DNA of 64,000 bases from Bacteroidota bacterium (GCA_037130365.1 JBAXTE010000015.1:4242-68241); one strand, 5' to 3'. Shown: positions 1-9,804, numbered from the stretch's first letter. The notes: generated by a model not told the origin, from the letters alone. Numbers and translations: made by a program.

Positions 1-172
1 TTAAATCTGTTTTATTGAAATGAATAATTTTTTCATCCTGAACATTATTTTCAAATTCTTTTTTAAATACTGAGATAGCGTTTATCCAATCTTTTTTACT
101 TGTTTTTAATAATTCTGAAAATGCTGCATAAAATGCATCAACACTAAAAATGTTTTCATCAAAAAGTTTCAT
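1..172 (-). CDS. hypothetical protein, N-terminal part only (ORF continues past the left window edge)
   Basis: A reverse-strand ATG at 170-172 opens an uninterrupted frame (MKLFDENIFSVDAFYAAFSELLKTSKKDW...) that runs to position 1. No recognisable motif. Confidence 0.3.
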   Translation of the reverse strand, partial: MKLFDENIFSVDAFYAAFSELLKTSKKDWINAISVFKKEFENNVQDEKIIHFNKTDL

Positions 173-204
173 AACTGTAAAATATTAAATGATTAATTGT
201 TTTT

Positions 205-2070
205 TTAAAAAGCCCGAACTGCCCTCACAAATGTTGGGTAGAACTTAACGGTGCCGTCCTGGGAACCACTGCCAAAGTTCTGTACCCACGCATTGGCCGT
301 CTCTCCACCTGAGTACTCGCTCGAACTCCAATAGAGACCAGTATCAAAACTACCCAAACTTTGGATTTTTAAGTTTACATACATTAAGTTTAACTCGTCC
401 TTAGAAGGTAAATACCAATCGGAATAGGTGTTAAGCACTAAATCGTAACAAAGTTTTGCGGCAATTCCTATTGTACTACAACCTAAAACTATGGCATTTG
501 TATTGGTTGCGCCAGAGTTTATTGAGGTTGAAGTACCCCCAATTGCGGTGCCATTGCAACCCCAAGTGGCTCCTGTAGCTTGATCGGCATTGGCACAAAC
601 TAATCCATGTGAGTTTCCATCATTATAAAAGACTAAGCCACCGCCAAAAGTAGAACCTATAAGCTTACCTGAGTTAAAGCTGATTTGAGCACCATAACCT
701 GTGCCAGCTATATTAGTGGCATAAGCTCTAACGTAATAAACAGTATTAGGAGTTAAACCAGTCATAATATCAGTAAACGAAGTAGTTATACTATTTGAAA
801 TAGTTGGAGTAACACTTGTACTCCAGCATAAACCTTGTGCAGTTATTGTACTACCTCCATTATTAGTTACACTGCCTCCTGCCTTTGCTGAATTACCTTT
901 AATATCAGAAAAAGTAGCTGTGGTAACAGTCGGTAATGCTACGGTTGTAAAACTAAGTACGTTTCCGTAACTGGTTCCCACTACATTAGTTGCATAAGCA
1001 CAAACATAATAAGTGGTACCAAGTAAAAGTGAGGTAATATTTGAAATGTAATTACCATCACCTGTTCCGTTACTAGAAAAACTATTGGATAGAGTTGGCG
1101 CAGGGTTAGTACTCCAACATACTCCACGTGCAGTAACAGTTGAACCTCCATCATAAGTAACATTTCCACCACTTATTGCCGAAATACCTGTAATTGATGA
1201 AATACTAGTTGTTGTTAATTGTGGTGCAGTAAGTGGAAATATCAAACTCATGTCATTACTATATGTTATATTAATCGCATTTGTAGCTTTTATACGATAA
1301 TGATATGTTGTATTTCCTAGTAAACCTGTTAATGCAGAACTTGCGGGAACATCAACATTACCAGCTACAGGACTTTGTGTAGCAAAACTTGTATTTCCAT
1401 AAGAAGTAGTTAATCCCCATTCAAAAACAACGGTGGTAAGAAAACCATTTGCATTAACTATTCCATTTAAAATAGCAGAATTAGCTATAATGTTAGTTGC
1501 AGCCTGAATTGTTGCTGAAGGAGCTAACATACTTCCTCCATTGGTTGCATTAACTACATAAGGACTCGCCGTCGTACCTAAACCTGTTACTGTTACATTA
1601 GTGCCAGCATTAATTTTTGTTTCAGAGCCATTAGTAACTGGTTTATTCGTTAAGTCATTATAATTTCCACTAAACCCATTTTCTGCTGTTTTAGCATATA
1701 ATGCATACGGAACACTCAACAATTGACTTGTCCCAGTTATTGTGTATGTTGTTCCGCCAGTTGGGTCGGTTTCCGTTTTAATAAAATACGGACCATTTGC
1801 CCAATGAATGGTGTCAAAACCAGTTCCACCACCAATTTCTATATTTATTAAACCATTTGCATTTGTTGTTGGCGTTAACGTTTCAACATAAACGGCTGCT
1901 CCTGTAGCTGTACTTTGTAAAATGCTAATTTTCATACCCACAGCATGATTTACAACTAATTGATTGCTGCTATTTCTAATAACTGCCTGATAACTCATTT
2001 TTTGAGGACTTTGTGCCCAAACGGTTGCAGTTAAAAATATTACTGCTAAAATTGTAAATATTCTCTTCAT
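205..2070 (-). CDS. secreted repeat-rich surface protein with C-terminal DUF1566 (Lcl C-terminal-like) domain
   Basis: 621-aa ORF with an N-terminal signal peptide (MKRIFTILAVIFLTATVWAQ). It has three similar ~90-aa repeats (..GVCWSTNPAPTLSNS.. / ..GLCWSTSVTPTISNS..). The C-terminus (DWYLPSKDELNLMY...YWSSSE...AWVQNF...VRAVRAF) is typical of DUF1566. Confidence 0.7.
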   Translation of the reverse strand: MKRIFTILAVIFLTATVWAQSPQKMSYQAVIRNSSNQLVVNHAVGMKISILQSTATGAAVYVETLTPTTNANGLINIEIGGGTGFDTIHWANGPYFIKTETDPTGGTTYTITGTSQLLSVPYALYAKTAENGFSGNYNDLTNKPVTNGSETKINAGTNVTVTGLGTTASPYVVNATNGGSMLAPSATIQAATNIIANSAILNGIVNANGFLTTVVFEWGLTTSYGNTSFATQSPVAGNVDVPASSALTGLLGNTTYHYRIKATNAINITYSNDMSLIFPLTAPQLTTTSISSITGISAISGGNVTYDGGSTVTARGVCWSTNPAPTLSNSFSSNGTGDGNYISNITSLLLGTTYYVCAYATNVVGTSYGNVLSFTTVALPTVTTATFSDIKGNSAKAGGSVTNNGGSTITAQGLCWSTSVTPTISNSITTSFTDIMTGLTPNTVYYVRAYATNIAGTGYGAQISFNSGKLIGSTFGGGLVFYNDGNSHGLVCANADQATGATWGCNGTAIGGTSTSINSGATNTNAIVLGCSTIGIAAKLCYDLVLNTYSDWYLPSKDELNLMYVNLKIQSLGSFDTGLYWSSSEYSGGETANAWVQNFGSGSQDGTVKFYPTFVRAVRAF

Positions 2071-2075
2071 ATTGT

Positions 2076-2564
2076 TTAGTTTTTAATGATTTTGAATGTT
2101 TTAACTTCTTTTTTGCGTTGTACTACTTTCAGAAAATAGGTGGCTGGGACAAGATTAATTGTCTCAATGCCTATTTGATTACTTTCGATGTTTTTTGTTT
2201 CAATGAGTTTACCGTTTAGGTCATAAAGTTGGTACGATAAATTTGATATTTCAAAATCGCTTATCCTTAACGTTAAATGATCCGTAACAGGATTTGGCGA
2301 TACTGAGAGACTTAGGTTAATCCCTTTTGCTTCTTCAATTGCCGTAATTTCAGATATTTCGAAAGGTTGTTGCACTCCTTGTAATACAGAGCCATTTGAA
2401 CCAGAATTAGTTGAATATGTAATTTGACCAACAGAATAGCTCACTGAACCACCACCTCCAGAAGAGTTTCCTCCAGAAGCAGGAATTGTCTCCTGAGCTT
2501 GAACTCCTATCAATCCGAAACTTATGAAGATTAAGGCGGTTAATCTCAGCTTTTTTTGTCTCAT
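2076..2564 (-). CDS. small secreted protein with T9SS C-terminal sorting domain
   Basis: 162-aa ORF with a signal peptide. The C-terminal ~80 aa (SVSPNPVTDHLTLRI...YQLYDLNGKLI...ATYFLKVV) match the Por/T9SS CTD pattern. Confidence 0.65.
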   Translation of the reverse strand: MRQKKLRLTALIFISFGLIGVQAQETIPASGGNSSGGGGSVSYSVGQITYSTNSGSNGSVLQGVQQPFEISEITAIEEAKGINLSLSVSPNPVTDHLTLRISDFEISNLSYQLYDLNGKLIETKNIESNQIGIETINLVPATYFLKVVQRKKEVKTFKIIKN

Positions 2565-2574
2565 TTTCCCTCCT

Positions 2575-3207
2575 TTATTTTTTGCTTTTTAAAGCATTTA
2601 AAGCATTTTTTTGGTCTTCGACTTCTTGTTTAAATTGCTTTTGTTCTTCGATATTTGCTTCAATTTTTTTAAGAATATCTTCTTTTTCTTTAACTAAATC
2701 TTTTCCTTTTTCAATTGATTTGTTATGCTTCTTATTAGCCTCATTAAACACTTCTGTTTGTTTTTCTATTGCACGGTTAAGATGCTCGTCAATTGCAGCT
2801 ATATTAATTTCTTTGCATAAATTCTTGGCATTTTTGATTGTACTCCCATCAGTTGAGCTGGATAAAAAATTATTATATCCTTTTGAAATCAAAATAGTTA
2901 CAGTAGATTCAGTCTTTCCGCCATCAACTTTAATGTAAAAATCAATCACATCTTTTGATAAATCCTCAAAGAATACACCTTGATACAACTTGAACCCTTT
3001 TACAGTTTTAGTTTTTTTGATTTTTTTTGTTGAGAGAATTTTTTCAACCACAGTTTCTAAGACGTCTTCAGAATACTTATATTTAGCTACGATGGCATCT
3101 TGTTTACCATCCATAAAAGATAATTTTTCTTCAGAAATATCTTGTGCATTAATATTTGCGCAAAAACTTAGCAACGCAATCGAGCATATAAAACTAGTTA
3201 ATTTCAT
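2575..3207 (-). CDS. secreted hypothetical protein with K/E-rich coiled-coil C-terminus
   Basis: 210-aa ORF with signal peptide MKLTSFICSIALLSFCANINAQ and a heptad-like K/E-rich tail. No enzymatic motif. Confidence 0.55.
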   Translation of the reverse strand: MKLTSFICSIALLSFCANINAQDISEEKLSFMDGKQDAIVAKYKYSEDVLETVVEKILSTKKIKKTKTVKGFKLYQGVFFEDLSKDVIDFYIKVDGGKTESTVTILISKGYNNFLSSSTDGSTIKNAKNLCKEINIAAIDEHLNRAIEKQTEVFNEANKKHNKSIEKGKDLVKEKEDILKKIEANIEEQKQFKQEVEDQKNALNALKSKK

Positions 3208-3284
3208 TTTTTTTATTTTTAGTGAATTACAAAGTTATAAAAATCAATGAAATAGTGCTTAGTTTTTATTTGATTAAAGATTCT

Positions 3285-4406
3285 TTATTTTTTATGCTTC
3301 TTCCGAAATTTGAAGAGCAAGCCCCATTCAATGTAATCAGCTTTAGCAAAGTGTGATTTTACGGAGATATTTGCGTATAAGTTTTCAAAAACTCGATATC
3401 GCAAAGCTACTCGACTATATATTGGGTCAATTATTTTGTTCGTTTGATAGATATATTTGTAAATATAAACACCAGTCTGAAAGGTTGCAGAAAATCGATT
3501 CATACTCCATTCATGTCCACCATAAAGTCCAATTTTAAAAAGCTCTAAATTGTTAGGGTAAATTCCTTTGTGTGAGAATTCAATTTTGTCGGTATAATCC
3601 CAAAAAATGTCAGTTCCAATCATCCATTCTTTGCCATATTTATAGTTCCGTGCAATTCCAAATCCAGTACTTGTTGCATTGTACATTTTTGGATCGGTTT
3701 CAGAATTTTGCTTTGTTCCCCAAGCTCCCCAAACGTATGGAATCCATTGTTTGTTAAACTCATTAATTGGCGGATTAACAAGTTGCAACGGCGTTTGGTT
3801 GAATTTTACATGAAATCCTGCAGAAAAGGACCATACATTAATTCCCCAGTTTGGATACTTTGTGGCACCATTCGAAAAGTGACCGAAAGAGGTACCTAGT
3901 GCAAGTCCAAAGTTTGGTGTAAAACGATATAAAAAACTGTATTGAAACTTAACAGAAGCATTAAAATGGCTTCCAATGGCAATATTTTCTGGGTTGCTAT
4001 TAATGTCAAATGGTTTAGTGAGGTAACCTAACCCAAAGGCAATCATTAACCGTTGCTCATGCTTTTTATGTCTAAAAAAAGTAAATGATTGAAAAGGCAT
4101 AATCGCAAATGCTTGCCCAAATACATTTTTATTGCTCAACGAAGAATAATAGAATGAAACACCACTTTGAGGATAATTCCATCTTTTTTCCCACTCAGCT
4201 TTCCCAGTGGCTTGATTATAAAAATTAAGTTCAATATTTGGAAAATTATATAAGGATAATCCTTTTAACTCCTTATGATGTGCTACTAAAGTTGCATATT
4301 CTGGCTGAAATGTGAAAAATAAATTGTCGCTAAATGATTGACATTTAATAGGTTTGCTGAATAAACAAAAAAAAGTAATTAATAATATGAAACCTATTTT
4401 CTTCAT
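3285..4406 (-). CDS. acyloxyacyl hydrolase / PagL-like lipid A deacylase family outer-membrane protein
   Basis: 373-aa ORF with a signal peptide, an aromatic-rich beta-barrel-like sequence and a 'GHFSNG' His-Ser-Asn motif characteristic of the PagL/acyloxyacyl hydrolase family. It lies next to a lipid A acyltransferase gene. Confidence 0.55.
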   Translation of the reverse strand: MKKIGFILLITFFCLFSKPIKCQSFSDNLFFTFQPEYATLVAHHKELKGLSLYNFPNIELNFYNQATGKAEWEKRWNYPQSGVSFYYSSLSNKNVFGQAFAIMPFQSFTFFRHKKHEQRLMIAFGLGYLTKPFDINSNPENIAIGSHFNASVKFQYSFLYRFTPNFGLALGTSFGHFSNGATKYPNWGINVWSFSAGFHVKFNQTPLQLVNPPINEFNKQWIPYVWGAWGTKQNSETDPKMYNATSTGFGIARNYKYGKEWMIGTDIFWDYTDKIEFSHKGIYPNNLELFKIGLYGGHEWSMNRFSATFQTGVYIYKYIYQTNKIIDPIYSRVALRYRVFENLYANISVKSHFAKADYIEWGLLFKFRKKHKK

Positions 4407-4461
4407 TCTAAAACCCTAAATGTGTGATGTAATATGCAAATCAAAAATCTTAAGAGCCATT

Positions 4462-5337
4462 TTAAGGAATAATCCGTTTATGTTTCCATCTTCTGTGAGA
4501 CCATAACCAATATGCGGGTTCAAGCTGGATTACTTTTTCTAGTTTATTCATATATGCCTCCGTAATTTTCCCTGGCTCTTCTGAGGTTGGATCTTCGGAC
4601 AATACAGAAAATGTAAGCTCGTAATATCCTCGCTTCACCACTTGCATATCAAGATAAACGACAGGATAGTCATATTTTTTAGCATATTTTTCTGGACCGT
4701 GTAAGGTTGGTGTATCTTGATTCAAAAAATTAATCCAATAGCAGTCACGTAAGTTTGTTGGACTTTGATCTGCAAACATGAGGAATAGTGAAGGTTGATC
4801 TTTCAGTATTTTAAATGTGTCGTATGTTTCTGTAGTAGGAGCGAGGTAACAATTGTTTCTGCCTCTGCGGCGCTTCATATAAGCTTCAATATATGGGTTG
4901 TTGATGGCTTTATAAATTCCAACAACTAAGTGATTGATTTGGATATTCCCTGAAAAAACTAACCACTCCCAATTGCCATAATGACCACTCACGCAGATTA
5001 AACTTTTTCCTTTCTCGAAAAAATAATTTGGTACCTCTGGATTTATTATTTTATGTCGTTTTAAAATTTCTTCATCACTCATAGTCAGGCCTTTTAATCC
5101 TTCTAAGATTAAATCGGACATATAGTGATAGTATTTTTTTTCAATTAAAATAATATCATCAATGCTTTTTTCGGGAAATGAATTTTGTAGGTTTTCTCGT
5201 GTTACATTTTTACGATACTGCATAATGTAATAAATAATCCCATACATAAAATCGGAGAAAATATATAACCCTCGAAATGGCAAAATCGAAATAAATGAAA
5301 GAAATGCTCTAAAAAGTAAATATGAAATGTAATCCAT
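4462..5337 (-). CDS. lipid A biosynthesis lauroyl/myristoyl acyltransferase (LpxL/HtrB family)
   Basis: 'SGHYGNWEW' HX4-type acyltransferase motif and an N-terminal membrane anchor. The start is trimmed to the ATG at 5335-5337 (MDYISYLLFRAF...) because the longer ORF would overlap the frr terminator hairpin. Confidence 0.75.
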   Translation of the reverse strand: MDYISYLLFRAFLSFISILPFRGLYIFSDFMYGIIYYIMQYRKNVTRENLQNSFPEKSIDDIILIEKKYYHYMSDLILEGLKGLTMSDEEILKRHKIINPEVPNYFFEKGKSLICVSGHYGNWEWLVFSGNIQINHLVVGIYKAINNPYIEAYMKRRRGRNNCYLAPTTETYDTFKILKDQPSLFLMFADQSPTNLRDCYWINFLNQDTPTLHGPEKYAKKYDYPVVYLDMQVVKRGYYELTFSVLSEDPTSEEPGKITEAYMNKLEKVIQLEPAYWLWSHRRWKHKRIIP

Positions 5338-5372
5338 TTTGTTTTTAATCAATAATTCAAGTGTATATAATA

Positions 5373-5400
5373 GAAAAAGGCTGTACAAAACAGCCTTTTG
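5373..5400 (-). terminator. rho-independent terminator after frr
   Basis: Hairpin aaggctg/cagcctt (5377-5383 / 5391-5397), followed on the minus strand by a T-run. Confidence 0.55.
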
Positions 5401-5418
5401 TACATAGAAAATTGTCGT

Positions 5419-5982
5419 TTAAACTGTCATAATATCTTTTTCTTTTACTTCTAGAATTTTATCAATTTTTCCAATAAATTCTTCAGTAATTTTTTGAATA
5501 TCTATTTCTGATTTTTTAATTTCGTCTTCAGAGACATCTTTTTTCTCCAGTCCTTTTAGCTCTTCATTCGCTTTCCGACGAATGTTCCTTATATTAACAC
5601 GTGCTTGTTCGGCTTCTTGTTTTGCTTTTTTTACTAAATCTTTACGACGTTCTTCGGTGAGTGGAGGAACCATAATTCTTAGAAAATCAGCATTAGTTTG
5701 AGGGTTAAAACCTAAATTTGCTGCTTGTATAGCTTTATCAATAACAGAAAGCATGTTTTTATCCCATGGTTGTACAACAATTTGACGAGCATCTGGTGTT
5801 GAGACATTTGCTACCTGATCAATCGCAGTTGGAGTTCCATAATAATCAACTTTAATACTTTCTAACATCTGAGGATTTGCTTTGCCAACACGAACTTTAT
5901 GAAGTTCTTTCTCGAAAAATTGGAGCGTAGAATTCATGTGTTCTTTGGTCTCTTCAATACACAATATACAATTTTCGTTCAT
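5419..5982 (-). CDS. frr: ribosome recycling factor
   Basis: 187 aa. Typical RRF sequence (..VRVGKANPQMLESIKVDYYGTPTAIDQVANVSTPDARQIVVQPWDK..LTEERRKDLVKKAKQEAEQARVNIRNIRR..). Sits in the conserved pyrH-frr pairing. Confidence 0.95.
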   Translation of the reverse strand: MNENCILCIEETKEHMNSTLQFFEKELHKVRVGKANPQMLESIKVDYYGTPTAIDQVANVSTPDARQIVVQPWDKNMLSVIDKAIQAANLGFNPQTNADFLRIMVPPLTEERRKDLVKKAKQEAEQARVNIRNIRRKANEELKGLEKKDVSEDEIKKSEIDIQKITEEFIGKIDKILEVKEKDIMTV

Positions 5983-5992
5983 AAATATCCAA

Positions 5993-6274
5993 TTATTTGT
6001 TTAGGTTAATTTCTTTTTTTATCAACTTTTCGTATTCTTTATCTATTAAGTTACTACTCCATTTGAAGGCATATAAGTAATGAAATACAATCGCAACGCC
6101 CCAGCCTACAGTAGGAAGTACTGGCCATGGAAGGGGAAATTTATCAGTGTCGCCATAAGATATAAAAATCCATAGCAACCAAAAAAGAATATTCACTAAA
6201 ATGTAAATTGTAAAGTGAGATTTAAAACCCACACTCCTTTTAGCTTTTTTGTAAATGATTGGATCGTATTCCAT
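5993..6274 (-). CDS. 2TM domain-containing small membrane protein
   Basis: 93 aa with two hydrophobic helices. The pattern (YKKAKRSVGFKSHFTIYILVNILFWLLW...GWGVAIVFHYLYAF) is typical of the 2TM family. Confidence 0.65.
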   Translation of the reverse strand: MEYDPIIYKKAKRSVGFKSHFTIYILVNILFWLLWIFISYGDTDKFPLPWPVLPTVGWGVAIVFHYLYAFKWSSNLIDKEYEKLIKKEINLNK

Positions 6275-6290
6275 AATATTTATATTAAAT

Positions 6291-6998
6291 TTATAGTTTT
6301 ACTAAGGTTCCTATTTTTTCTCCTAAAATAATTTTCTCTAAGTTCCCAGAAGTATTCATATCAAACACTAAAATGGGAAGATTGTTCTCTTTGCACAATG
6401 TAAATGCAGTAAGATCCATGATACTTAAATTCCGTTTATAAGCTTCGTCAAAGGTGATTTCATCAAATTTAGTTGCATTTGGGTCTTTTTCAGGATCTGC
6501 AGAATAAATTCCATCCACTCGAGTCCCTTTTAAAATAACATCGGCTTGAATTTCAATACCACGTAAAGCTGCTCCACTGTCTGTAGTAAAATATGGGTTT
6601 CCTGTGCCTCCACTAATTATTACAATATATCCTTTTCCAAATGCTTCTAATGATCTTTTTCTGCTCATTTTTTTGCAAATCGGATCAATCGCAATTCCAG
6701 ATAGATGCTTTACTTTAACTCCCTTTGCTTCCAATGCTGATTGAAGAGCCATGCTGTTTATCGATGTAGCTAGCATTCCCATGTAATCGCCCTGAACTCG
6801 ATCAAATCCTTTTCCTACTCCTTGTAATCCTCTGAAAATATTTCCACCACCGATTACAATTCCAATTTGAACTCCTTTTTGATGAATTTTAAAAATTTCA
6901 TCAGCAAAATATGCAAGAGTTTTTGAATCAATTCCGTAGTTTTGATCACCCATTAGGGATTCACCACTGAGTTTAAGTAATATTCGATTATATTTCAT
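6291..6998 (-). CDS. pyrH: UMP kinase
   Basis: 235 aa. Motifs: MKYNRILLKLSGESL..., GGGNIFRG, and the amino-acid-kinase fold motif GTGNPYFTTD. Confidence 0.95.
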   Translation of the reverse strand: MKYNRILLKLSGESLMGDQNYGIDSKTLAYFADEIFKIHQKGVQIGIVIGGGNIFRGLQGVGKGFDRVQGDYMGMLATSINSMALQSALEAKGVKVKHLSGIAIDPICKKMSRKRSLEAFGKGYIVIISGGTGNPYFTTDSGAALRGIEIQADVILKGTRVDGIYSADPEKDPNATKFDEITFDEAYKRNLSIMDLTAFTLCKENNLPILVFDMNTSGNLEKIILGEKIGTLVKL

Positions 6999-7027
6999 TT
7001 ATTAGTCCATTTTGATGGGTAAAGATA

Positions 7028-7066
7028 AAAAAAAAAGGAATTCGTTGATTGAATTCCTTTTTTTTA
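7028..7066 (-). terminator. rho-independent terminator after tsf
   Basis: ggaattc/gaattcc hairpin (7037-7057) flanked by A-runs and T-runs on both sides. Confidence 0.55.
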
Positions 7067-7079
7067 TTGAAGAAAAAAA

Positions 7080-7910
7080 TTATACTCCTAATTGTAAGCG
7101 TTTAAATCCAACGCAAACTAATTCAGCATCAGTTTCTTTCATATACTGACCAACAGTCTTTTTGTTGTCGCGAATGAATTCTTGGCTAAATAGAGTATTT
7201 TCTTTTAAGAATTTAGCTAATTTGCCTTGAGCAATTTTTTCAATCATGTCTTCAGGTTTACCTTCTTCACGAGTTACTTCACGAGCGATTTCTAATTCGT
7301 GTGCTAGTACTTCTGGTTTAACACGATTTTGGTCAACAGCAACAGGTGCCATTGCAGCAATTTGCATTGCTATTTCGTGTCCAACAGTTTCTAAATTAGT
7401 TGCATTTTTGTTGAATCCAACAATTGTTGCTAAACGATTTCCATTATGGTTGTAAGAAGTAACAAATGCACTTTCAATTAACTCATAATGACTAATTTGA
7501 ATCTTTTCACCAGTTTTTCCAGTTAATTCAATTGCAGTTGCTTCTACAGTTACTCCATTAAGAGTTAAAGCAAGAAGTTCTTCAACATTCTTTGGTTTAT
7601 GCGCAATAGCTAATTCGGTAATTGCTTTTCCAAAGTTTACAAAATCATCAGTTTTTGCTACGAAATCTGTTTCGCAGTTTAACATGATAACAACACCAAA
7701 AGAATAATCTGGAGTATTCATTGAATACACAAATCCTTCATTAGCATCACGATCAGAGCGTTTTGCAGCAATTTTTTGTCCTTTTTTGCGAAGAATATCA
7801 ATTGCAGTTTCAATATTTCCTTCAGATTCTACTAGTGCATTTTTGCAGTCCATCATTCCTGCACCAGTCATTTGTCTTAGCTTGTTTACATCAGCAGCGG
7901 TAATTGCCAT
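7080..7910 (-). CDS. tsf: translation elongation factor Ts
   Basis: 276 aa. N-terminal UBA-like motif (ITAADVNKLRQMTGAGMMDCKNAL) and 'NCETDFVA'. Confidence 0.95.
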   Translation of the reverse strand: MAITAADVNKLRQMTGAGMMDCKNALVESEGNIETAIDILRKKGQKIAAKRSDRDANEGFVYSMNTPDYSFGVVIMLNCETDFVAKTDDFVNFGKAITELAIAHKPKNVEELLALTLNGVTVEATAIELTGKTGEKIQISHYELIESAFVTSYNHNGNRLATIVGFNKNATNLETVGHEIAMQIAAMAPVAVDQNRVKPEVLAHELEIAREVTREEGKPEDMIEKIAQGKLAKFLKENTLFSQEFIRDNKKTVGQYMKETDAELVCVGFKRLQLGV

Positions 7911-7937
7911 TGTGTTATATTTTTTAGTTCTTAAATA

Positions 7938-8837
7938 TTATTGTTTCTTTGAAATTGGTCTTTTAGAGATAGTTTTTCTTGGAGCAGCTTTTTTTGTATC
8001 TTCTCCAGTACTATCACTTGCTTTAGCACCTTTTATTTTTGTATCGATGTTTAAAGATAAAGTTTCAGCATCATCAATATCTGCTATTTCAGTAGCAACT
8101 GATTCAACTTCTTCTACTTCGTCATCGCCAAGTTTGCGGTCTTTATCTAATTTGCGTTCGTTGTTGCCTTCTTCAATTGCGTCAACTAATACTCTCAAAA
8201 TTACTTGAATAGATTTTGAAGCATCATCGTTTGCAGGAATAGGATAATCAACTAATAAAGGATTTGAATTTGTGTCGACAATAGCAAAAGTTGGAATTCC
8301 GAGTTTGCGAGATTCAGCAATTGCAATGTGTTCTTTTAAAATATCTACAACAAAAACTGCTGAAGGTAATCTGTTCAAATCACTAATAGATCCAAGATTC
8401 TTTTCAAGTTTTGCTCTTTCACGTTGAATTTGTAAACGCTCACGTTTAGAAATGCTTGTAAAAGCAACACCGGTCATCAGTTTATCTAAGGAAATCATTT
8501 TGCGAACAGCCTTGCGAATAGTTGCAAAGTTAGTTAACATTCCACCAGGCCAGCGTTCAACTACATAAGGCATGTTTACACGCTTTACTTCAGTTGCAAC
8601 AATTTCTTTAGCTTGTTTTTTTGTTGCAACAAAAAGAATTTTTTTACCTGATTTTGCAATTTGTTTCATAGCGGCAGCAGCTTCATCTAGTTTTGCAACT
8701 GTTTTGTGCAAATCAATGATGTGAATACCGTTTTTCTCCATAAAAATGTATGGAGCCATGTTTGGATTCCATTTTCTGCGAAGGTGACCAAAATGTGCAC
8801 CTGCTTCTAATAAATCGTTGAAATTGGTTTTTGCCAT
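7938..8837 (-). CDS. rpsB: 30S ribosomal protein S2 (with ~60-aa acidic/basic C-terminal extension)
   Basis: MAKTNFNDLLEAGAHFGHLRRKWNPNMAPYIF... The start is set at the internal ATG (8835-8837) that gives the canonical S2 N-terminus. Confidence 0.93.
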   Translation of the reverse strand: MAKTNFNDLLEAGAHFGHLRRKWNPNMAPYIFMEKNGIHIIDLHKTVAKLDEAAAAMKQIAKSGKKILFVATKKQAKEIVATEVKRVNMPYVVERWPGGMLTNFATIRKAVRKMISLDKLMTGVAFTSISKRERLQIQRERAKLEKNLGSISDLNRLPSAVFVVDILKEHIAIAESRKLGIPTFAIVDTNSNPLLVDYPIPANDDASKSIQVILRVLVDAIEEGNNERKLDKDRKLGDDEVEEVESVATEIADIDDAETLSLNIDTKIKGAKASDSTGEDTKKAAPRKTISKRPISKKQ

Positions 8838-8959
8838 TTCTGTAACTTTGTTTATTTGTTTACCTTCCATTAATTGCAATTAGCGAGTAGTGCTATGCAG
8901 CAGTCTCGCTAATTTGGATCCTAAACTCTGACTTCGGAAGTTTAAAGCAGAATTGAATA

Positions 8960-9346
8960 TTAACGTTTACTAAATTGAAATCTTTTACGTGCTTTTGGTC
9001 TACCTGGTTTCTTACGTTCTACCATACGTGGGTCACGACGTAATAGACCTAGTGGTTTTAACAATAAACGATATTCAGGATTGATTTCACATAACGCTTT
9101 AGAAATTCCTAATCGTAATGCTTCTGCTTGTCCTGTGATGCCACCGCCATCAATATTGGCTTTTACATCATATTTGTTTTCGTTTGCAGTTATAATAAAA
9201 GGTTGTATTACTTTGTATTGTAGAGGAGCAGTGCAAAAATATGCTTTGTAATCACGTCCATTAATTATTACAGAACCACTTCCTTCTTTCATATAAACAC
9301 GAGCAACAGCGGTTTTTCTTCTTCCTGAAGTATTTAATATTTCCAT
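8960..9346 (-). CDS. rpsI: 30S ribosomal protein S9
   Basis: 128 aa ending ...RRDPRMVERKKPGRPKARKRFQFSKR. Confidence 0.95.
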   Translation of the reverse strand: MEILNTSGRRKTAVARVYMKEGSGSVIINGRDYKAYFCTAPLQYKVIQPFIITANENKYDVKANIDGGGITGQAEALRLGISKALCEINPEYRLLLKPLGLLRRDPRMVERKKPGRPKARKRFQFSKR

Positions 9347-9348
9347 GA

Positions 9349-9804
9349 TTACAAAATTGTGTTAATGTCTAATAAAATAGGTTGTTGTGCTTGATGTGGA
9401 TGCTCTGGACCTACACATACGTGTAAATTCGTGTAAAGTTTGCTTCCCAATTTATTTTTTGGTAGCATTCCTTTAATTGCATGTTCTAATACAAAAAATG
9501 GTTTCCTTGCAAGCATTTCTTTTGGGGTTGCAAAACGTTGTCCACCAGGATATCCTGTGTGTCTTACGTATTTTTTCCCGGTTAATTTACTTCCCGTAAA
9601 ACGAATTTTCTCTGCATTTATGATAATTACATGGTCTCCACAATCTGCATGAGGTGTGAAATTTACCTTGTTTTTACCTCTTAATATGTTGGCTACGGCT
9701 ACTGAAAGGCGTCCAACAACTTGATTCTCAGCATCTATAACAACCCACTGCTTGGTTATTGTTGCAGCGTTTGCTGAGATGGTTTTGTAACTTAACGTGT
9801 CCAT
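9349..9804 (-). CDS. rplM: 50S ribosomal protein L13
   Basis: 151 aa. WVVIDAENQVVGRLSVAVANILRGKNK..FTPHADCGDHVIIINAEKI. Confidence 0.95.
   Translation of the reverse strand: MDTLSYKTISANAATITKQWVVIDAENQVVGRLSVAVANILRGKNKVNFTPHADCGDHVIIINAEKIRFTGSKLTGKKYVRHTGYPGGQRFATPKEMLARKPFFVLEHAIKGMLPKNKLGSKLYTNLHVCVGPEHPHQAQQPILLDINTIL

Noticed and set aside
981-1172. Short antisense or internal ORFs nested inside larger genes. Examples: 981-1172, 2582-2938, 2990-3250, 3353-3899, 7246-7455, 7786-8208, 9440-9652, 11982-12179, 12713-12931, 14029-15265, 17229-18419, 21039-21302, 21603-21962, 22632-22883, 24070-24710, 25657-26407, 27762-28175, 30217-30523, 31121-36484, 37991-38583, 41079-44194, 46155-48172, 51167-51394, 52966-53949, 54383-54574, 56233-56445, 61373-62024, 62535-63009
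   Set aside because: Each is fully embedded in, or antisense to, a longer ORF with clear protein-family motifs. Each also has low-complexity or codon-mirror composition. None has independent support.
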